Shown: in pieces, positions 49,296 to 63,273 of the stretch
Numbering within the stretch: position 1 is the stretch's first letter
Layout: every line of letters starts with the position of its first letter
Assembly: GCF_006345805.1 (NCBI RefSeq)
Contig: NC_043002.1
Span: 94,054,001 to 94,118,000, forward strand
Reading direction: 5' to 3'
DNA length: 64,000 nt
Origin: Octopus sinensis
Taxonomy: Eukaryota
Made by a program: the position numbers and the translations under genes
Notes under the pieces: generated by a model
What the model saw: the letters and a program-made list of their open reading frames with translations, nothing else
The model's database searches: none
What the model was told of the DNA's origin: nothing

Positions 49296-50205
49296 CTTGT
49301 TATTTTACTTAGTGTTTTTTGTTTATGAATTTCCAACTGGAATATATTCACTTTCCACATAAATTTGATATCTTTATAGATAATTTTCCATCACATTGGA
49401 TTACAGTTACATTCAGTAACGTAACTTGAATCAAAAGAAAGTACTTCAATGTTTCAAATACAAAATGTTATGAATATAAAGTTTTATACATTTTACCCTA
49501 TAGCGTCATCAGGCTCAAATTTTCAGCTACACAGACGAAGAAACATATTTATACTCTCAGGGGCAATATGTATCTGAATTAAAAACAAATAATAAAAGCA
49601 AACAGACAAAGAAGAGGTCATGTGATTAAGAGATAAAACTTGATATAGACAGAACAATGGAAATGTCTGAGTGGGAAAATCTTTGATGAAATTTCCAAAT
49701 ATTTAGAGAATAAAGCTTTTCTAGTAATTCTAAAGTGGTTTCCTAATCGTATTCCTCGGTCAAACAAATGTAACGCTGCGAGTACTTACGTTTTAGATCT
49801 ATGAAGTGCACCAATAAATTCCCCATTGTAATTAACTACTTAAATAGAGTGTAAGTGTTTCCGGCTAACGGCAAGATAATGTTTATTTTATAAATACTTA
49901 GGCCATCCTTAGTTCAAATTACATATAATTGTGGTAGTGGCAAGAAATACACAACTCTTGACCTTATTTGGTATGTAGGCGTTTGTATATCTACGTAGAT
50001 GATTCTATATTATTAAATAGTGTGTTAATATCAACCTCGCTGTGCATGTATGTATATAAAAAACGATGAAAATCCTCCCCGAGTCATAAGTTCATAAGGC
50101 CGCTTTCCCGGATTTAGTGGCATACTTACAGGATATTCGGACTAAATTTGACTGTTTGTATGAAGGGGGGAAAAACACAATACCTAAGCCAAAATTTAAA
50201 ATATC

Positions 50206-50438
50206 TATTTCTTTACTACCCACAAGGGGCTAAACACAGAGAGGACAAACAAGGACAGACAAACGGATTAAGTCGATTATATCGACCCCAGTGCGTATCT
50301 GGTACTTATTTAATCGACCCCGAAAGGATGAAAGGCAAAGTCGACCTCGGCGGAATTTGAACTCAGAGCGTAGCGACAGACGAAATACCACTAAGCATTT
50401 CGCCCGGCGTGCTAAAGTTTCTGCCAGCTCACCGCCTT
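50206..50438 (-). mobile_element. SINE family A, full length
   Basis: Reverse complement of the consensus. Confidence 0.9.
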
Positions 50439-50459
50439 ATAAAGATATCAACTAGATTG

Positions 50460-51150
50460 TGGCAAGGGGACAACAGTTTACTGAAAGTAGTCGTCCTCAG
50501 CTTCGACCACGGCCTCAAGATGGCGTATGCGTCCCTCACAGTGCCTGTTGGAAGATTTTCGAACACCTCCTTGATCTTGGCCACCAGCTCGGCCTTGATG
50601 TTGCAGGTAGAGCGGTTGGTGTATTTCTAAACCGCACCCCACATATAGTAAACCATGGGATTACAATTACAATTGGAATGATTAAGAGGCCAAAAGAGGC
50701 TGGTGAAGTAGAAATTCTCCGATAACCACTTGCTTCCAGCAGCCACTCTCTTCAGCCAGGGGTTGACTGTAGTCTCCAGCAGCTTCCTATAGCTGCCTGA
50801 ATTGGGTTCTATGGTTCTGATGCTGCGGTTGTTGGATAAAATCTGGCGTGTGGTCGCAGTCAGAATGCCTGCTGTGTCCCTTCTTGCTGGCCAACGCTTC
50901 GTTCTCACTGTTGTTGCTGTTTATGTCACGTCTCACAGCTTTCACAGTGTTCATAGAGCATCGAACAGTAGTCATGATGTCGGCATTTTGATACCCGGCA
51001 CGATTCATCATTATACAGGCAAATCTTTTCCAATATTTAGATGCTTTCCGGTCCTCTATGTCAACTAACTTTTTCCGAAGTACGGCCTTAATCTTTATGC
51101 TTTCCAACGCTATTGACTGTTCACCAATACATCAAGTGGTTCCTAAAAGA
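50460..51150 (-). pseudogene. Decayed Tc1/mariner-type transposase
   Basis: HTH-like N-terminus (RAGYQNADIMTTVRCSMNTV) and WPLNHSNCNCNPMVYYMWG, resembling WPxxSPDLNPxDxxxWG. Confidence 0.6.
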
Positions 51151-51403
51151 AAGGGACATAAAAATCGTCAAATTTAGCTCGAACAAGAAGTATTTCAGAG
51201 CAGCATTACTTTTTTTTTTGCCAGCTGAGTGGACTGGAGCAATGTAAAATGAAGAGTTTTGTTCAAGAAATTAACGTGTCACACGGTCCAAGAATCGAAA
51301 TCACAATCTCACAATCATGAGTGCAACACCCTAACCACCAAACCACACATGTATCTAAATGGCTTTCTACATAAAAGCAGATAGATAGATAGGTAGATAG
51401 ATG

Positions 51404-51441
<38 letters not shown>

Positions 51442-51689
51442 CAGATAGATAGACAGATAGATAGATAGATATAAGTTATTTGATCCTGCGATGAAACATC
51501 AATTTCTGATTTTTGTACTTGCGATTAAAACACACACACACGTACGCACACACACACATACACTCACACACACACACACATTCACAAACATGCATTCACA
51601 TATAGTGCCACTCCCTAAACTTCATTTGACACCGAAGTCCTTTGGTCCGCTGGTCATATCTACGAGCAAAAAGGTAATTTAATTTTTAA

Positions 51690-54480
51690 TTTACTGCTTT
51701 AATTATAAAATTATCTCTTTCTTGTAACATTACACCACGGATATTGTTTTTATTAACTGAGTCTTCAAGTTCACACAATTTATTAATTGCTATTTGCTCA
51801 CCCCAAATGAGTGGGCTACCATCACAGAACGGGAAAATTGTCATACTGTACGACCTTTTACCGTCTTGCTCGAGCTGGAAAGGGAAGCCTGCGATGTCTA
51901 GGCCGTGCTTTACGATCATGTTAAAGGCGATATGGCGTGGAAGGTGGAGCACTGTGACGGTGGAGGCCGAAATAATCCACTGTGGTTCCGCAGCGGCATT
52001 CACGTGGCTCACAGATCTGGAGATCAAGCTTCAGGGAAACGCCAATAAATAGGTAGTCGCTATTAATTTGAGTACAGTTGTGAGTGATAACACTGTATTG
52101 AGCCTGGCTCATCTGCGAGGCTCGGCAGCTGAGCGGAAACATGCCAGACAGTGCTGGTCAAGTCGACGCATTAGCTCGTCAGCGCTCATGCTACATTAGA
52201 TGGCGTCTCATTACTTTTAAGAGGACTGGACGTCCTCAGAGGAGAGAGAGGGATGGACGTTAGCGGGGCGCAGGCCGAGATGACTCTATGTCGCATAGGC
52301 TGCCTCGCGTTCCCCAATCACTCAGTTGACTCAAATGTGTTGTGTAGAACTCTGTTAATGAGGACACAGCAGCAAGAGGTTACCGACGAGATAAGAGCCG
52401 CCAGGGCCAGTGAGACCGGAGATCGAAGGCAGAGGCCGTCATATTTGATGGGTAAAGATTGCCTGCAGGCATCCAGTGTCGTTGGACCAAATGCTGCACA
52501 TCTCTTTGGCGGGCTGTTGGATACAGGTATCGTGATCCGTGAGGAGAGATATGTAGTAGCAAGGGGCACTGCGGAGGGTATACAATAGCTTCGGTATGGC
52601 GAAGCAGTTCCTTAACAGGAAAAATGCTGGTTGGGCGTCGATCGCCTTCCGTCTGTCCATCAATCTTTCTAGATGGAGGAGTTTAGACCTGAGGGTGGAG
52701 CGAATGGCTGGCGGGGGGATCGGCGAACCAAGGATAAGGACGCCCTCCTTTGGGGTCACTTGTACCTGATGAAGTAGTGAAGTACGTCCGGAATGGAGGC
52801 CGTAAAGCCCTCTGCCACATAGTTGGATGAGTTTATCTCGAGGCCGATCCTCGATAGAGCAGGAACCACTGACTGGAGATCGTATCAGACACTCTCTACT
52901 GGACTACCTATCATCGCATCGTCCAGGTACCAGACGTTGAAAGGAGCCATGATTCTCCGAGCAACGCTGTTCACCCCTAGAACAGAGTGCTCAATGTATC
53001 ACCCTATTCAACGCCGATCGAAGATGATATGACCTTATCTGCACCGAGGAGCATGCTCGGAGCCCCGTACAACAAGTAAGCTAGCGAGTAGATAGACAGG
53101 GCATGTCTGAGGCAGGTCTGTAGCAAGTGGTCATAGCGTAGACAGTTGAAAGCATTTTCATATGTCAAGCTTGACAATGAGGTGCTTGGAGTTGCTCGGT
53201 GACGACTTATGAGGTGAGTCATTGAAAAACTGTCCAGCGGCACTAGCAGCTCCCTCGCACTCGCTGGATACGCTGACTCCCAGATGTATCGGGCTGAGTT
53301 CTCCAAGTTCAGATGCGACGGTCGCGAGTCTTCGAAAGACATTGCCCACAGCGATGGGGCGTATGCCAGCGTCCTTCATGAGAGCAATTAGGCCGTCCAT
53401 GGCGCTGTAAATGAATCGGTTGACTAGAGCCGTAACTGTACCCAGCAAGTGGCGCTCGGCTTCGACAGTGAGTGGAGACAGCAAATCATTGAAGTGATCG
53501 GGGCGGAGATCGTCGATACCTTCGCTGCAACTGACAGGGAGAGACCTCAGAGCCGAAAAGACGACCTTCTCGGAGGCCACGTATGGTGTCTGAATGTCGG
53601 GTGGTGGTATGGGCCTGAGGTATGTACGTTTAAATCGGACAGGACATCTTCGGTAGGGTAGAGGACGGTGTCATCAGAAGCGACTAGACTGACAGCCGCT
53701 AAGACATCACCTTCGATGAGTTTGGCGTTTACACGGTCACGTAGGCGCTTTGAGCCGGCATTAGAGTAGAGGTCTCCGAGGGTGAGAATGGGCAGAGCAC
53801 AGCATGTTCGAATACGCTAGGACGGGATGTTGGCCCTGACTAGGGCTGCTGTCGACAGAGCACTTCGATCGGCAGCAGTGTTGAGGAGATCAAGAGCAAG
53901 CAGAGCAAAATAAAATACTTGATTTCACTAGCATAATCGACCAGATCCTAGGGCTTTCTCAATTGAGGATACGAGGGTATTAGCACCAGGGCCATTTTCG
54001 GGATTTTAAAAGGGATCTTACGAAGCCTCCCGAGGCAAAGGATGTTGACTAGTGAGGACTAGGCGTTGGGCAGGCATGCCATCTCATCTGAGGGTTGATG
54101 GCCGCTGATGCACTGCTGAGGAGAAGAGGCGGCTGCTGCATCTCTACATTGAGAGCGTATTCGAGGCCATTTGTGTCAGCCCGACGCCAGAAAGATGAAA
54201 AAACCACATCTTCAACAGTTCTTCCCTCTTTTGGTGGTGGCGCATATACAGCAGGTAGCTTTCTGTGGGGGTTGGGGGCTGGGGAGCATAGTCGGGGACT
54301 GGAGCACCGTTCGACAACGAGTGCGTTGGCTTCCCCTGAGGTGCGGAGAAATTGATTGGCATCCTGAAAACGGGTGGGAGACGGAGGTTATGGCCGCTGG
54401 AATGGGAAAGTCGAAGATCCAAGCCGTGCAGAAAAAAAGAAAATTGAGATCAATGACAGGAGATAGGCAACCTGAAATCC
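51690..54480 (-). mobile_element. Decayed CRE-clade-like non-LTR retrotransposon (RT plus RLE)
   Basis: GIRPIAVGNVFRRLA, LGVSVSSECEG, LIVKLDI, ENAFNCLR, GVLILGSPI, LLRNCFAIPKLLYTLR, CRCGTTVD..GLH and DGKR...P...G..LIW. Confidence 0.8.
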
Positions 54481-55217
54481 TCTCCAACTTCACTCTTTCT
54501 TTCTCCCTTAGACAATCGCAGCGTCCAGTCCGTCCGTATATTCATATTTGTGTGTATGTATGTGTGCGTGTGTGTGTCCAAAATATAAGTATGAGAATGA
54601 ATATAAATATAAATATGAATGTTCATACGTATATTTAAAAGAAAGAAAAAGGAAAAAAGAAAAAAGGTAAGAAAGGGAAAAGAAAGTTCAGTCAGTTTGG
54701 CTTGAGGGTGATGGTCCAAGGATGTACGCATAAGCACAGTGCAACGTTACTTTACAATGTGTTCTGGCCACTGTTAACGTGGACATACGTAGTTTGTTTG
54801 GGAACTTTCTGTGTATGTCGCAATATCCATGGCGCTGATGAAGTTTTTGGGGGTTTCGTGAGTTGAAACGACAATATGTGGATAGACGAAAGTAGCCAAA
54901 TCATTTTCTTTCTTTTTTTATATTTTTCGCTTCCGTCATTCCAGCTCGTCAAACTTTTGAAACTATTATACTAAAATGTGGGAAAATATTTCTCCCAAAT
55001 CCTATACTTTGAAGGTTTATACATCAGTCAGTCTTTCGAGACACTGGCCAACCAATTTGTTGTTACTGTTAATTTCGTGTTACTTTCGCAAAAAAATTTC
55101 ACTGATGATACTGATGTTTGGTATCTGTCACTGTTACTGGCGTTATTCTTCAACTTTATTTCTCAATTTGTTTATGACCACCAATTTTCAGTTATCTCTG
55201 CTGAACATTAGATGTTA

Positions 55218-56326
55218 TTGGGTTGTTCGGAAAGTTCCTGCCGATTTTTAAAGGAAAGAAAAAGGTCAGTAAATACTTGCCGTTACATTTTTAATCAACC
55301 AAACATGAAGTGGAAATCAGAAGGAGCAAGATCTGGTGAATATGGAGGGTGGGGTAACACATCCCAGCCGAGGTGCAGCAATTTTTGTCTAGTTCCCAAA
55401 GAAACGTGCAGTCTTGCTTTATCATGTTGGAAAACAACACCCTTCCTGCTGGCCAATTCTGGACGTTTCTCTTGAATTGCTGCGTTTAACTCCAGTTGTG
55501 TGCAGTATTTCTCAGAATTAATTGTCTGGTTACTTGAGAGAAGCTCATAGTACAGAATTCCTTTCCAATCCCACCAGACACAAAGCAAAACTTTTTTAGG
55601 GTGAAGACCCGCTTTTGGGGTGGATAAGGGTGTCTCATGTCACTTATTCCAGGATCGCTTTCTCTGAACATTTCGGTAGATAATCAATTTCTCATCACCT
55701 GTCACAATTTGCTTTAAAAAAGGCGCGTTTTCATATAAAGCGAATCATAGATGGAAATGCGATCCAAAAGGTTCTTCTCACTCAACTCATGTGGTACCCA
55801 AACATTGCAGCGATTTGTGTACCCAAGCTTTACCAGCTGCTCATGAACGACGGCTTTTGATAGGTTGAGGCTTTCTGCCAATTCTCAGGTTGTGCAATGT
55901 GGGTTATTCTCAATTAATGACTTGATTTGGTCATCATCTGTAGTGGTTGGTCTGCCTGATCGCTCTTTATCAATAAGGCTACAATCTCCAGCTCGGAACC
56001 TTGCGAACCACTTCCGTACAGTTCTTTCGGATAAAGAAACATCACTGTAAACTGCGCATATTTCTTTGGTTGCTTGTGAGGCATTTTCCCTTTACGGAAA
56101 AAGAAAAGCACCAAGTGCCGAAAATGAACTTTCTCATCTTCCATTTTAAAGGGTTACAGAATTAACACAGGTTATAGGAACATAAATCTTCTTCCACGAA
56201 AAGATAGCTTAAACTGTGCACTAAATGGAGGTGTAGTCAAATCCTATTTTATAGACTCAACCATGTTCTAAAATAAGTCGAATGGTAAGCTGCTATAAAT
56301 TGGCACGAACATTCCGGACAACCCAA
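55218..56326 (-). mobile_element. Mariner (DD34D) transposon with both TIRs and a frameshifted transposase
   Basis: TA|TTGGGTTG...CAACCCAA|TA. MEDEKVHFRHLVLFFFRKG at the N-terminus; CVWWDWKGILYYELL, HDKAR and HPPYSPDLAPSDF. Confidence 0.9.
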
Positions 56327-56759
56327 TATTTCAGTTGATGTACACTACTACAAGTTCCTGGTCGTAGATTGGTGGATTAAAAAAGATATCGGAAAAAATA
56401 TCGAAGCATAAAAATAAGCACATCTAAATGGCAATCTAAAATACCCTCTTCCCCAGAAAATGGTTTTGAATCGCTGCATTTGCATACGTTATTTTTATTA
56501 AGAAAAGTGAAAGTAGAATTCTATGAACAAATATCGTTTCATGATTATTTAACGTTTAAAGTGATCCACAAAACACGCAATTCCTTTTCAAACTAATCGT
56601 TTTCTGAAGCATTTATGGTGCTTCTTCGTTTCCAGAGTCCTATAAAAGTGAAACATAATTTTGAAGAAAAGTAATTTAATGGAAACGACATCCTTAATCT
56701 GTAATCTTCGATCTGCTGTTTATCACTTGAACTCTTATTCTATTAACATTTGATCAACT

Positions 56760-58330
56760 TTGTTTGCAGGCTTACTTATCTGCCCCAGACGGATGGATTA
56801 CTTACCTGCCCCAGACGGCTGGATTAAACGAAGTAAGTCTACATGGCTGTTGTCATTTCATGATTAGTTGTTCAGACTGTTTTCTCTTTGCTTTTATTCA
56901 GATTATACTTTCACTCAGAATATCCAGTGTACCACGAATTATTCAACTGTCTCCAAAAGAATTTCCAAAGAAAGAAGTGAAAAAATGCTATTACTTTGGC
57001 AAAGGCAGCACTTGGCATGATGTTTCTTTGTTTTCAAAAAAGAAAACTTAGAAGCTAAGGAATAATTAGTAACAGATGTCTCTTTTGAGAAACTAGCTTC
57101 ACTCCCAAGTGTATCTGCAAAACATAGGAGAAACATATCAACTCAAGATATTGAGGATGGCGAATCGTCGCAACCTTCTGACATGAATAGTGAATTGCCA
57201 TCTTATAATCTAGATCGAGCCTGATGGTTTTCTGCCAGAGAAAAGTACGTGTCTATTTTAGCTTCATACCAACGCTATGCGCTTCATGTTTTCTTTGTTG
57301 AAAAATAAATAGGAATATTTAGTGCGATCTTTGGAAGGAAATAAAGGAGAACTAACTTTGAAGCTTTTGTGAGAAACTCTTTGGTCAGCAAGAGCATATA
57401 CTATGGAAGCCCACGTTGATGGATATTTAAAATGGACTCAGAGATACTGAAGATGATTTAGAACAAATACCTAAAGCAAGACATGAAGCTCACACATTGG
57501 CAGATAAAATGGACTGTCTTGAAACTGTTCTAATGGCCAAGATCTGAAATTTAATTCTTGTACGGTTGAACAGTAAAAATAAAGATTTTCAAGGAGGTTA
57601 AGTTGATATGAATAAAGTGGCGGATCCAATTGATTCTTTGAAAAACTTTCTGAAATTATATCGTGATAAGAACGAAGGGTTGGAACTGGATGCCAGGAAC
57701 ATGTGTGGAAGTACAAACTATAAAGCAACGATAGATAAACCGAGGAAGAGAAAGAAACGTGTTGCAAATGTAGCATCAACCTCGGAGGAAGTTGTCCTTT
57801 CTGCAAGAGAAAAATTCAGATGCAGGACTTTCAATGTCATTTTAGATAAGTTGCTTGTCGCCTTACAAAAACACAAGGGGTTTATCCATTAGTGCATGAC
57901 AAGTTCAAAGTTATAGTGAACTTATGTAGTTCATTTGATGCAGAGATAAGAACTGAAGCTGACAAACCTACCACCACTATCTCCTGTAATTTTAGCAATG
58001 TGTTCGTAAAAGAAATAGTAGTTTGCAACTATTTATAAGCTTAAGTTATGTTCCATCCCATCTCAATAAGCACTTTTAGTCCATAATGGACTTGCTGAAA
58101 CCTTACGAACTGCTGATGAGGCTCTTAGAATATATTTGCACTTGATGGTCTCTAGTTGTTTAGGAAAGAGATCATTCAGAAAACTGGGACTTTTAAATAA
58201 TTAGCTGAGAACCACGATGATGCATGACAGACTAAGTATTCTGTATCTCTTTTGGATGTAGAGAGCAATATTTTAAAGAAGATAGGGTTCAAAGAAATCT
58301 AAAGGTTTTTCAAATACCAAGTGCAGAAAA
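56760..58330 (+). pseudogene. Decayed hAT transposase
   Basis: LETVLM..I..LILVRLN, FRCRTFNVILDKL, and hATC-like ALRIYLHLMVSSCLGKRSFRKL...LRTTM..DRL. Confidence 0.75.
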
Positions 58331-59539
58331 AAAGAAAGTCTTTTGGTAAGTTTTGTAGAATTTGGAAAACCTTGTACTTAGTTTAGATGAAAAAAATTTG
58401 CATTCGTAGATGCATTTAAACTTTCATGGATCAGAAGTTAACTGCGAGCTTTTTTAAATTCATAACATGTAATGACGTCAGTTCCGGCGTGTAGATTACT
58501 TCAGCGTTTACTTACACTTCTATACTTTTCCATTCTCTCAAATTCTTCCTAGCCTACATTTATAGCTTCCTCCCAGGCCAATCAACACACTCTTATGCAG
58601 ATAAATACCACAGATAATTACCGAGCACGAACAAGCATCATCTGTACACGACCTTGACAAAAGGAAAGAAGCACTAAAATTACAAGGAAACAATCTCACT
58701 ATGCAGGGACCACATGGAACTGAACCATCTGACAGTTTTCATTATCTTTACTTATCAGATCTACTCATCTACAATGGAGGCATAAAATGAGGGAGGGGCG
58801 CCGTAACAGCAGTATATATCGAGAAATTTGTAGATAGATTACTGGGTGATATCTTAGAGAAATTACATTATTGTTGGTGATACAGCATTGTGTTTGCGAC
58901 TAAGTGACATGCGATGACGATTCTCTCTCGAACTGAAATAGACTCTCAGCCTCTGTATCATGAATGGTTATGTGGACCACTCCTAACGAAAGTTAGAGCT
59001 TCCTTCGACCACTACATAAAAAGTACTTTAAAAAAGGTTTTTAGATATACTTTTATTTTAGTTGTTTACGCTATTTCATGCTTGTTTATACTCGTATACA
59101 TTCAAATTTCACAAATGTCTTTATTTAAATTATGAATCATATTCCTTTCGATAATATCAATATGATTACAAAACTTCGTTGTTGACGATATTTTCTGTTT
59201 GCTCAACACTAATTGCTGGAGTCCGTTGCTCTACTCATAGTAACATATAACTGTGTAAACATCGGAGTGGGTAAAAATACACCTACACGATCTAAAGTCT
59301 TGCTCAGTGCCTTGTTTGCTGTGAATGCGCGAGCGGAATCTTTTAGGGTTGCAAAAAATCAAACTAAAACTTATCTCTCACTGTTCTATGCAAATAATGT
59401 CTGAATGTTCTTGTACCATGGGTTATTTTAAACTGACAAAACTAAGATGTAAACAACAGCCGCTTCGATTAGCCGTTTCGAATCCTGCTCGAGACTGACA
59501 CTCTTCAATAAGCACTATATACTGACACACACACACTAT

Positions 59540-59847
59540 ATACTGGCACACATTTTCCCCATTTTATTTTCGCAATCCTCTTCATATCTACGATGGGGGA
59601 AAATCCAGAGTTAACCCTCGTCGCCGGAATTTTAACCCCCCCCCCAAAAAAAAAATTAAAGGTGATTTGTTAATACAAAACTCAATAGCCACTAAATAAT
59701 CATACTTTTCCACATTTTTTTCGTTAAAAACCTTTCTGATTACCTCCTTCGTAATCCTGAAAAAGCATTGTGACCATCGGTCCAGCCGTTTGACCGTGAA
59801 GAGGGAAAAGGCAGACAGACGGACATAACACTCATTATAGTTAGATG
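59540..59847 (-). mobile_element. Possible Helitron/Helentron-derived short element
   Basis: Minus strand starts atctaactataa, followed by a gtctgtctg microsatellite. Confidence 0.35.
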
Positions 59848-59858
59848 ATCTCAGATGA

Positions 59859-59921
<63 letters not shown>

Positions 59922-59954
59922 GTATCTGTCTGCCTGTCTGTCTGTCTTTTTTCT

Positions 59955-60179
59955 TATTTCTTTATTGCCCACAAGGGCTAAACATAGAGGGGACAAACAA
60001 GGACATACAAACGGATTAAGTCGATTACCCCGGTGCGTAACTGGTGCTTAATTTATCGACCCCGAAAGAATGAAAGGCAAAGTTGACCTCGGCGGAATTT
60101 GAACTCAGAACGTAGCGGCAGACGAAATACCGCTAAGCATTTCGCCCGGTGCGCTAACGTTTGTGCCAGCTCACCGCCT
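59955..60179 (-). mobile_element. SINE family A
   Basis: Reverse complement of the consensus. Confidence 0.9.
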
Positions 60180-60850
60180 GTCTGTCTTTTTTCTGTCTGT
60201 ATACGTGTGTATGTATGTATGTATGTATGTATGTATGTATGTCCCAATTATTACATTCCCTTTTCAGTGCCGGAAGATATTCAAATTTTTAATAACTGCC
60301 GACTTTGTAAAACCTCAAGTGAGATTCACACTGAAGCACTGCTCACATGTCTGGGATGGTACAACTCTTGCAAATATATTTGACTGCACCCTCAGAAGTA
60401 GATCTTACTAATTAGCGGAGATATGTTCCGAGAGTGCAGCTGTTACATATCACATTTCTCATAGAATGAAAGATATGAAATGCTGGTGTTTGAGTCGGGT
60501 TATAGCTGCGTATAATGATGCACAACACTCGCGAAGAATTAACAGAACTTTATTCACCTCACAAAATATTTTCAATGATGGGAGGACAATTCTGTAGTTA
60601 TTACAGATTAGTAGTAGGCTAAGTAGGCTCTGTTAATACGATGTCACAACATGGATAAACATCACCATGGATTCACGACTCAGTTGAATAAGAAGTCGTT
60701 TGAACAACTGTTAAATGCAGCAAAGCGCTAATGTGGTTTGCATGGTAGCGATTTTCCACGATCTGAAATTTGGCGCTCAAAATAAGCCTATTTATAAACC
60801 TCGTTAGGGAGACACACAAGAAGATTCTAGAAACCTGTATTATATATACA

Positions 60851-61177
60851 TAGGAGCACTCCGTCAGTTACGACGACGAGGGTCCCCGCTGATATGATCA
60901 ACGGAACAGCTTGCTCATGAAATTAACGTGCAAGTGGCTGAGCAATCCACAGACATGTGTACCCCTAACGTAGTTCTCGGGGAGATTCAGCGTGACACAG
61001 GGTGTGACAAGGCCGGCCCTTTGAAATACAGGTACAACTCATTTTTGCCAGCTGAGTGGACTGGAGCAACGTGAAGTAAAGTGTCTTGCTCAAGGACACA
61101 ACGCGTCGCCGGGAATCGAACTCACGACCTTACAATCGTGAGCCGAATGCCCTAACCACTAAGCCACGCGCCTTCAC
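60851..61177 (-). mobile_element. tRNA-derived SINE family C, near full length
   Basis: Minus-strand head ggcgcgtggcttagtggttagggcattcggc...gagttcgattcccgg has A- and B-box-like motifs and continues into a non-tRNA body. Confidence 0.88.
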
Positions 61178-61199
61178 TAGAAACCTGTATTACGTAATG

Positions 61200-62640
61200 T
61201 CTCGATGCTGATTGACCAGTTAATAGGCCGAGCACACGATATGTCTGTTAGTAAGCCTTGGCTTTTACTTGGCAATTTGTCGATTCGGTTCCTTTGTATC
61301 AATATGATGGTTAACAGAGTGACTGGACTCTCGTTTTTTAGAACAGTACGAGTGATACTTTAAAAATCCTAAAGAATCGTATGATAACGATTTGATGCAG
61401 ATGGGGAAAAGAAAAGAGGATTGACGATAGAAGGCTTGGTGTAACTCCGTTCTGTGAATCTTCAGTCGCCAATGGTTCAAATTGGCAAGAAGCTCAAAAT
61501 GGGACAGGAAGTCGGTACCAAGGTATGAAGGTGATAATAATCCACTTGAACCGTCGCCTTAAATTGAAGTCCAAAGTCAGACTTTTCACCGTAAGTGAGA
61601 AGAGGAGAATGGTTCGTAGCTTGCAGGATGATGGCTGGTGGTTTCGTGAACCAGACAAGAAGTTGACAGACCACATGCTGCGAGTTTCTCTTGTATCCAC
61701 TAGTAAACGCTGCAACGAAATGACGTCGTAGACAAAAGAGACCCGGTAAATTGATATTTCGTCCCAGAGATGTAGTCGCGTTTAATTCCTGGCGACAGAG
61801 TTTTCCCGCTGATGAGTAGATGACTTAAAAATGATAAGGTGGGATGCATCTATTCCAAAACGACTGTGATACCAACAGAGTGATGAAGAATTCCGGCGAG
61901 GGCTGCAGAAACGCTTTCAACGTACCTTGGAAACTCTAGCTCCTCAATCTTGTCCGTTAGAGCTTGAATTTTCTAATCGGTCGTCTTACAGAACTATGCC
62001 AACTCAGAGGATATTGACTTTTTTGAACAGAAAGTTGTGTTAGTCACAGAGGCAAAAAATATGGAAAGATAAAAATACTGGCCGTTAGAAATGGGAATAA
62101 ATGAATTCTCTCGATGTTACCAGATAAATTTGGCTGCTATTTCGAGGAAAATGCTAGATTAGCGCTTAGCCAATACTGGTCCTTGTGTCATCGCTTCACG
62201 TAGTGGGGGATGTGGCGGTAGAAACATATTGTCGGCTTTCTGTCACCTTTGATCTTTGATGGTGCATTTTGGAGGGGCTGTCACTGTGCGTATCGTAGTC
62301 GCTTGGTAATTCAAAAATTTATGTAGTAAGACGGGTTTTCGACAACTCTGTGAAATATTCCTAAATGAAATATCAGCAACCCCTCGAAATGAGGTGGGAT
62401 GCACTTGTATGCATCTATTCCGAAACGACTGTGATACCATCAGAATGATGAAGAATTCCGGCGAGAGCTGCAAAAACGCTTTCTCAAAAATTTCCGGCCA
62501 CAAGAATTTGAGCGCAACTCCTCGAAATTCCCTTTCTGCTTACGTTTTACCAACAACGAACAGAAGTGTGAGCTGAGCGCCAACTACTAAGACCATACCG
62601 GTTTAGAAGGGCTGGAAAATATCAAGACCGCTGCTCATCC
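61200..62640 (-). mobile_element. Probable decayed LINE RT region containing an ~85-bp direct repeat (61838-61920 / 62393-62482)
   Basis: The repeat is read directly; the RT-like traces are weak. Confidence 0.35.
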
Positions 62641-63273
62641 TTCTTCGAATAAACCAGTGACTTTTAACATTGGCATATTTCTAATTCAGGCATAAGGTGA
62701 GCTGATTTTGAGGAAAGATGTTTGTCGATACCACTGACACCAGCACATGACTGGAACATGACTGGAATTTTTATAAACACTGGAAAAGTGAAAGCAAAGT
62801 TGACTTGGGTAGGATTTGAACTCAGATCGTAAAGAGCCGGAATGCATAACGCAATGTATATTTTTTTGGCGCTCTAACTATTCTGCCTAATATTTGTTTC
62901 TAATATAGGCATATGAACTGAAATTTTGGCGGGGTCGAGAGGTTTAGCCAATTCCATCAACCTGGGTCTATGATTCGTTCATTATTTTTATCGACCCTAG
63001 TAGGATGAAAGGCAAAGCAAACCTCAACAGAATTTGAACTCAGAAGACAGAAAGGTGGAAAAAATACCAGGTACTTCTTCCAACGCCCTATCTATTCTTC
63101 TTATCCACCCCAATTAAAATGATCCGTGAATGTAAAGCTTTTGCATTCTGTTATGAAAATTAATGGTTTAGTCAGAAAAAGAAGCTATGCAATAGGATTG
63201 AACTGGGATATATTACGTAGTAACAAACGAATTTCTTAATTACATAACCGTTCCTGTACACTATTTAGATAGT

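Noticed and set aside
61100-61177. tRNA gene
   Set aside because: The tRNA-like head runs directly into a repeated SINE body and no complete cloverleaf was seen; the same applies to the family A and B heads.
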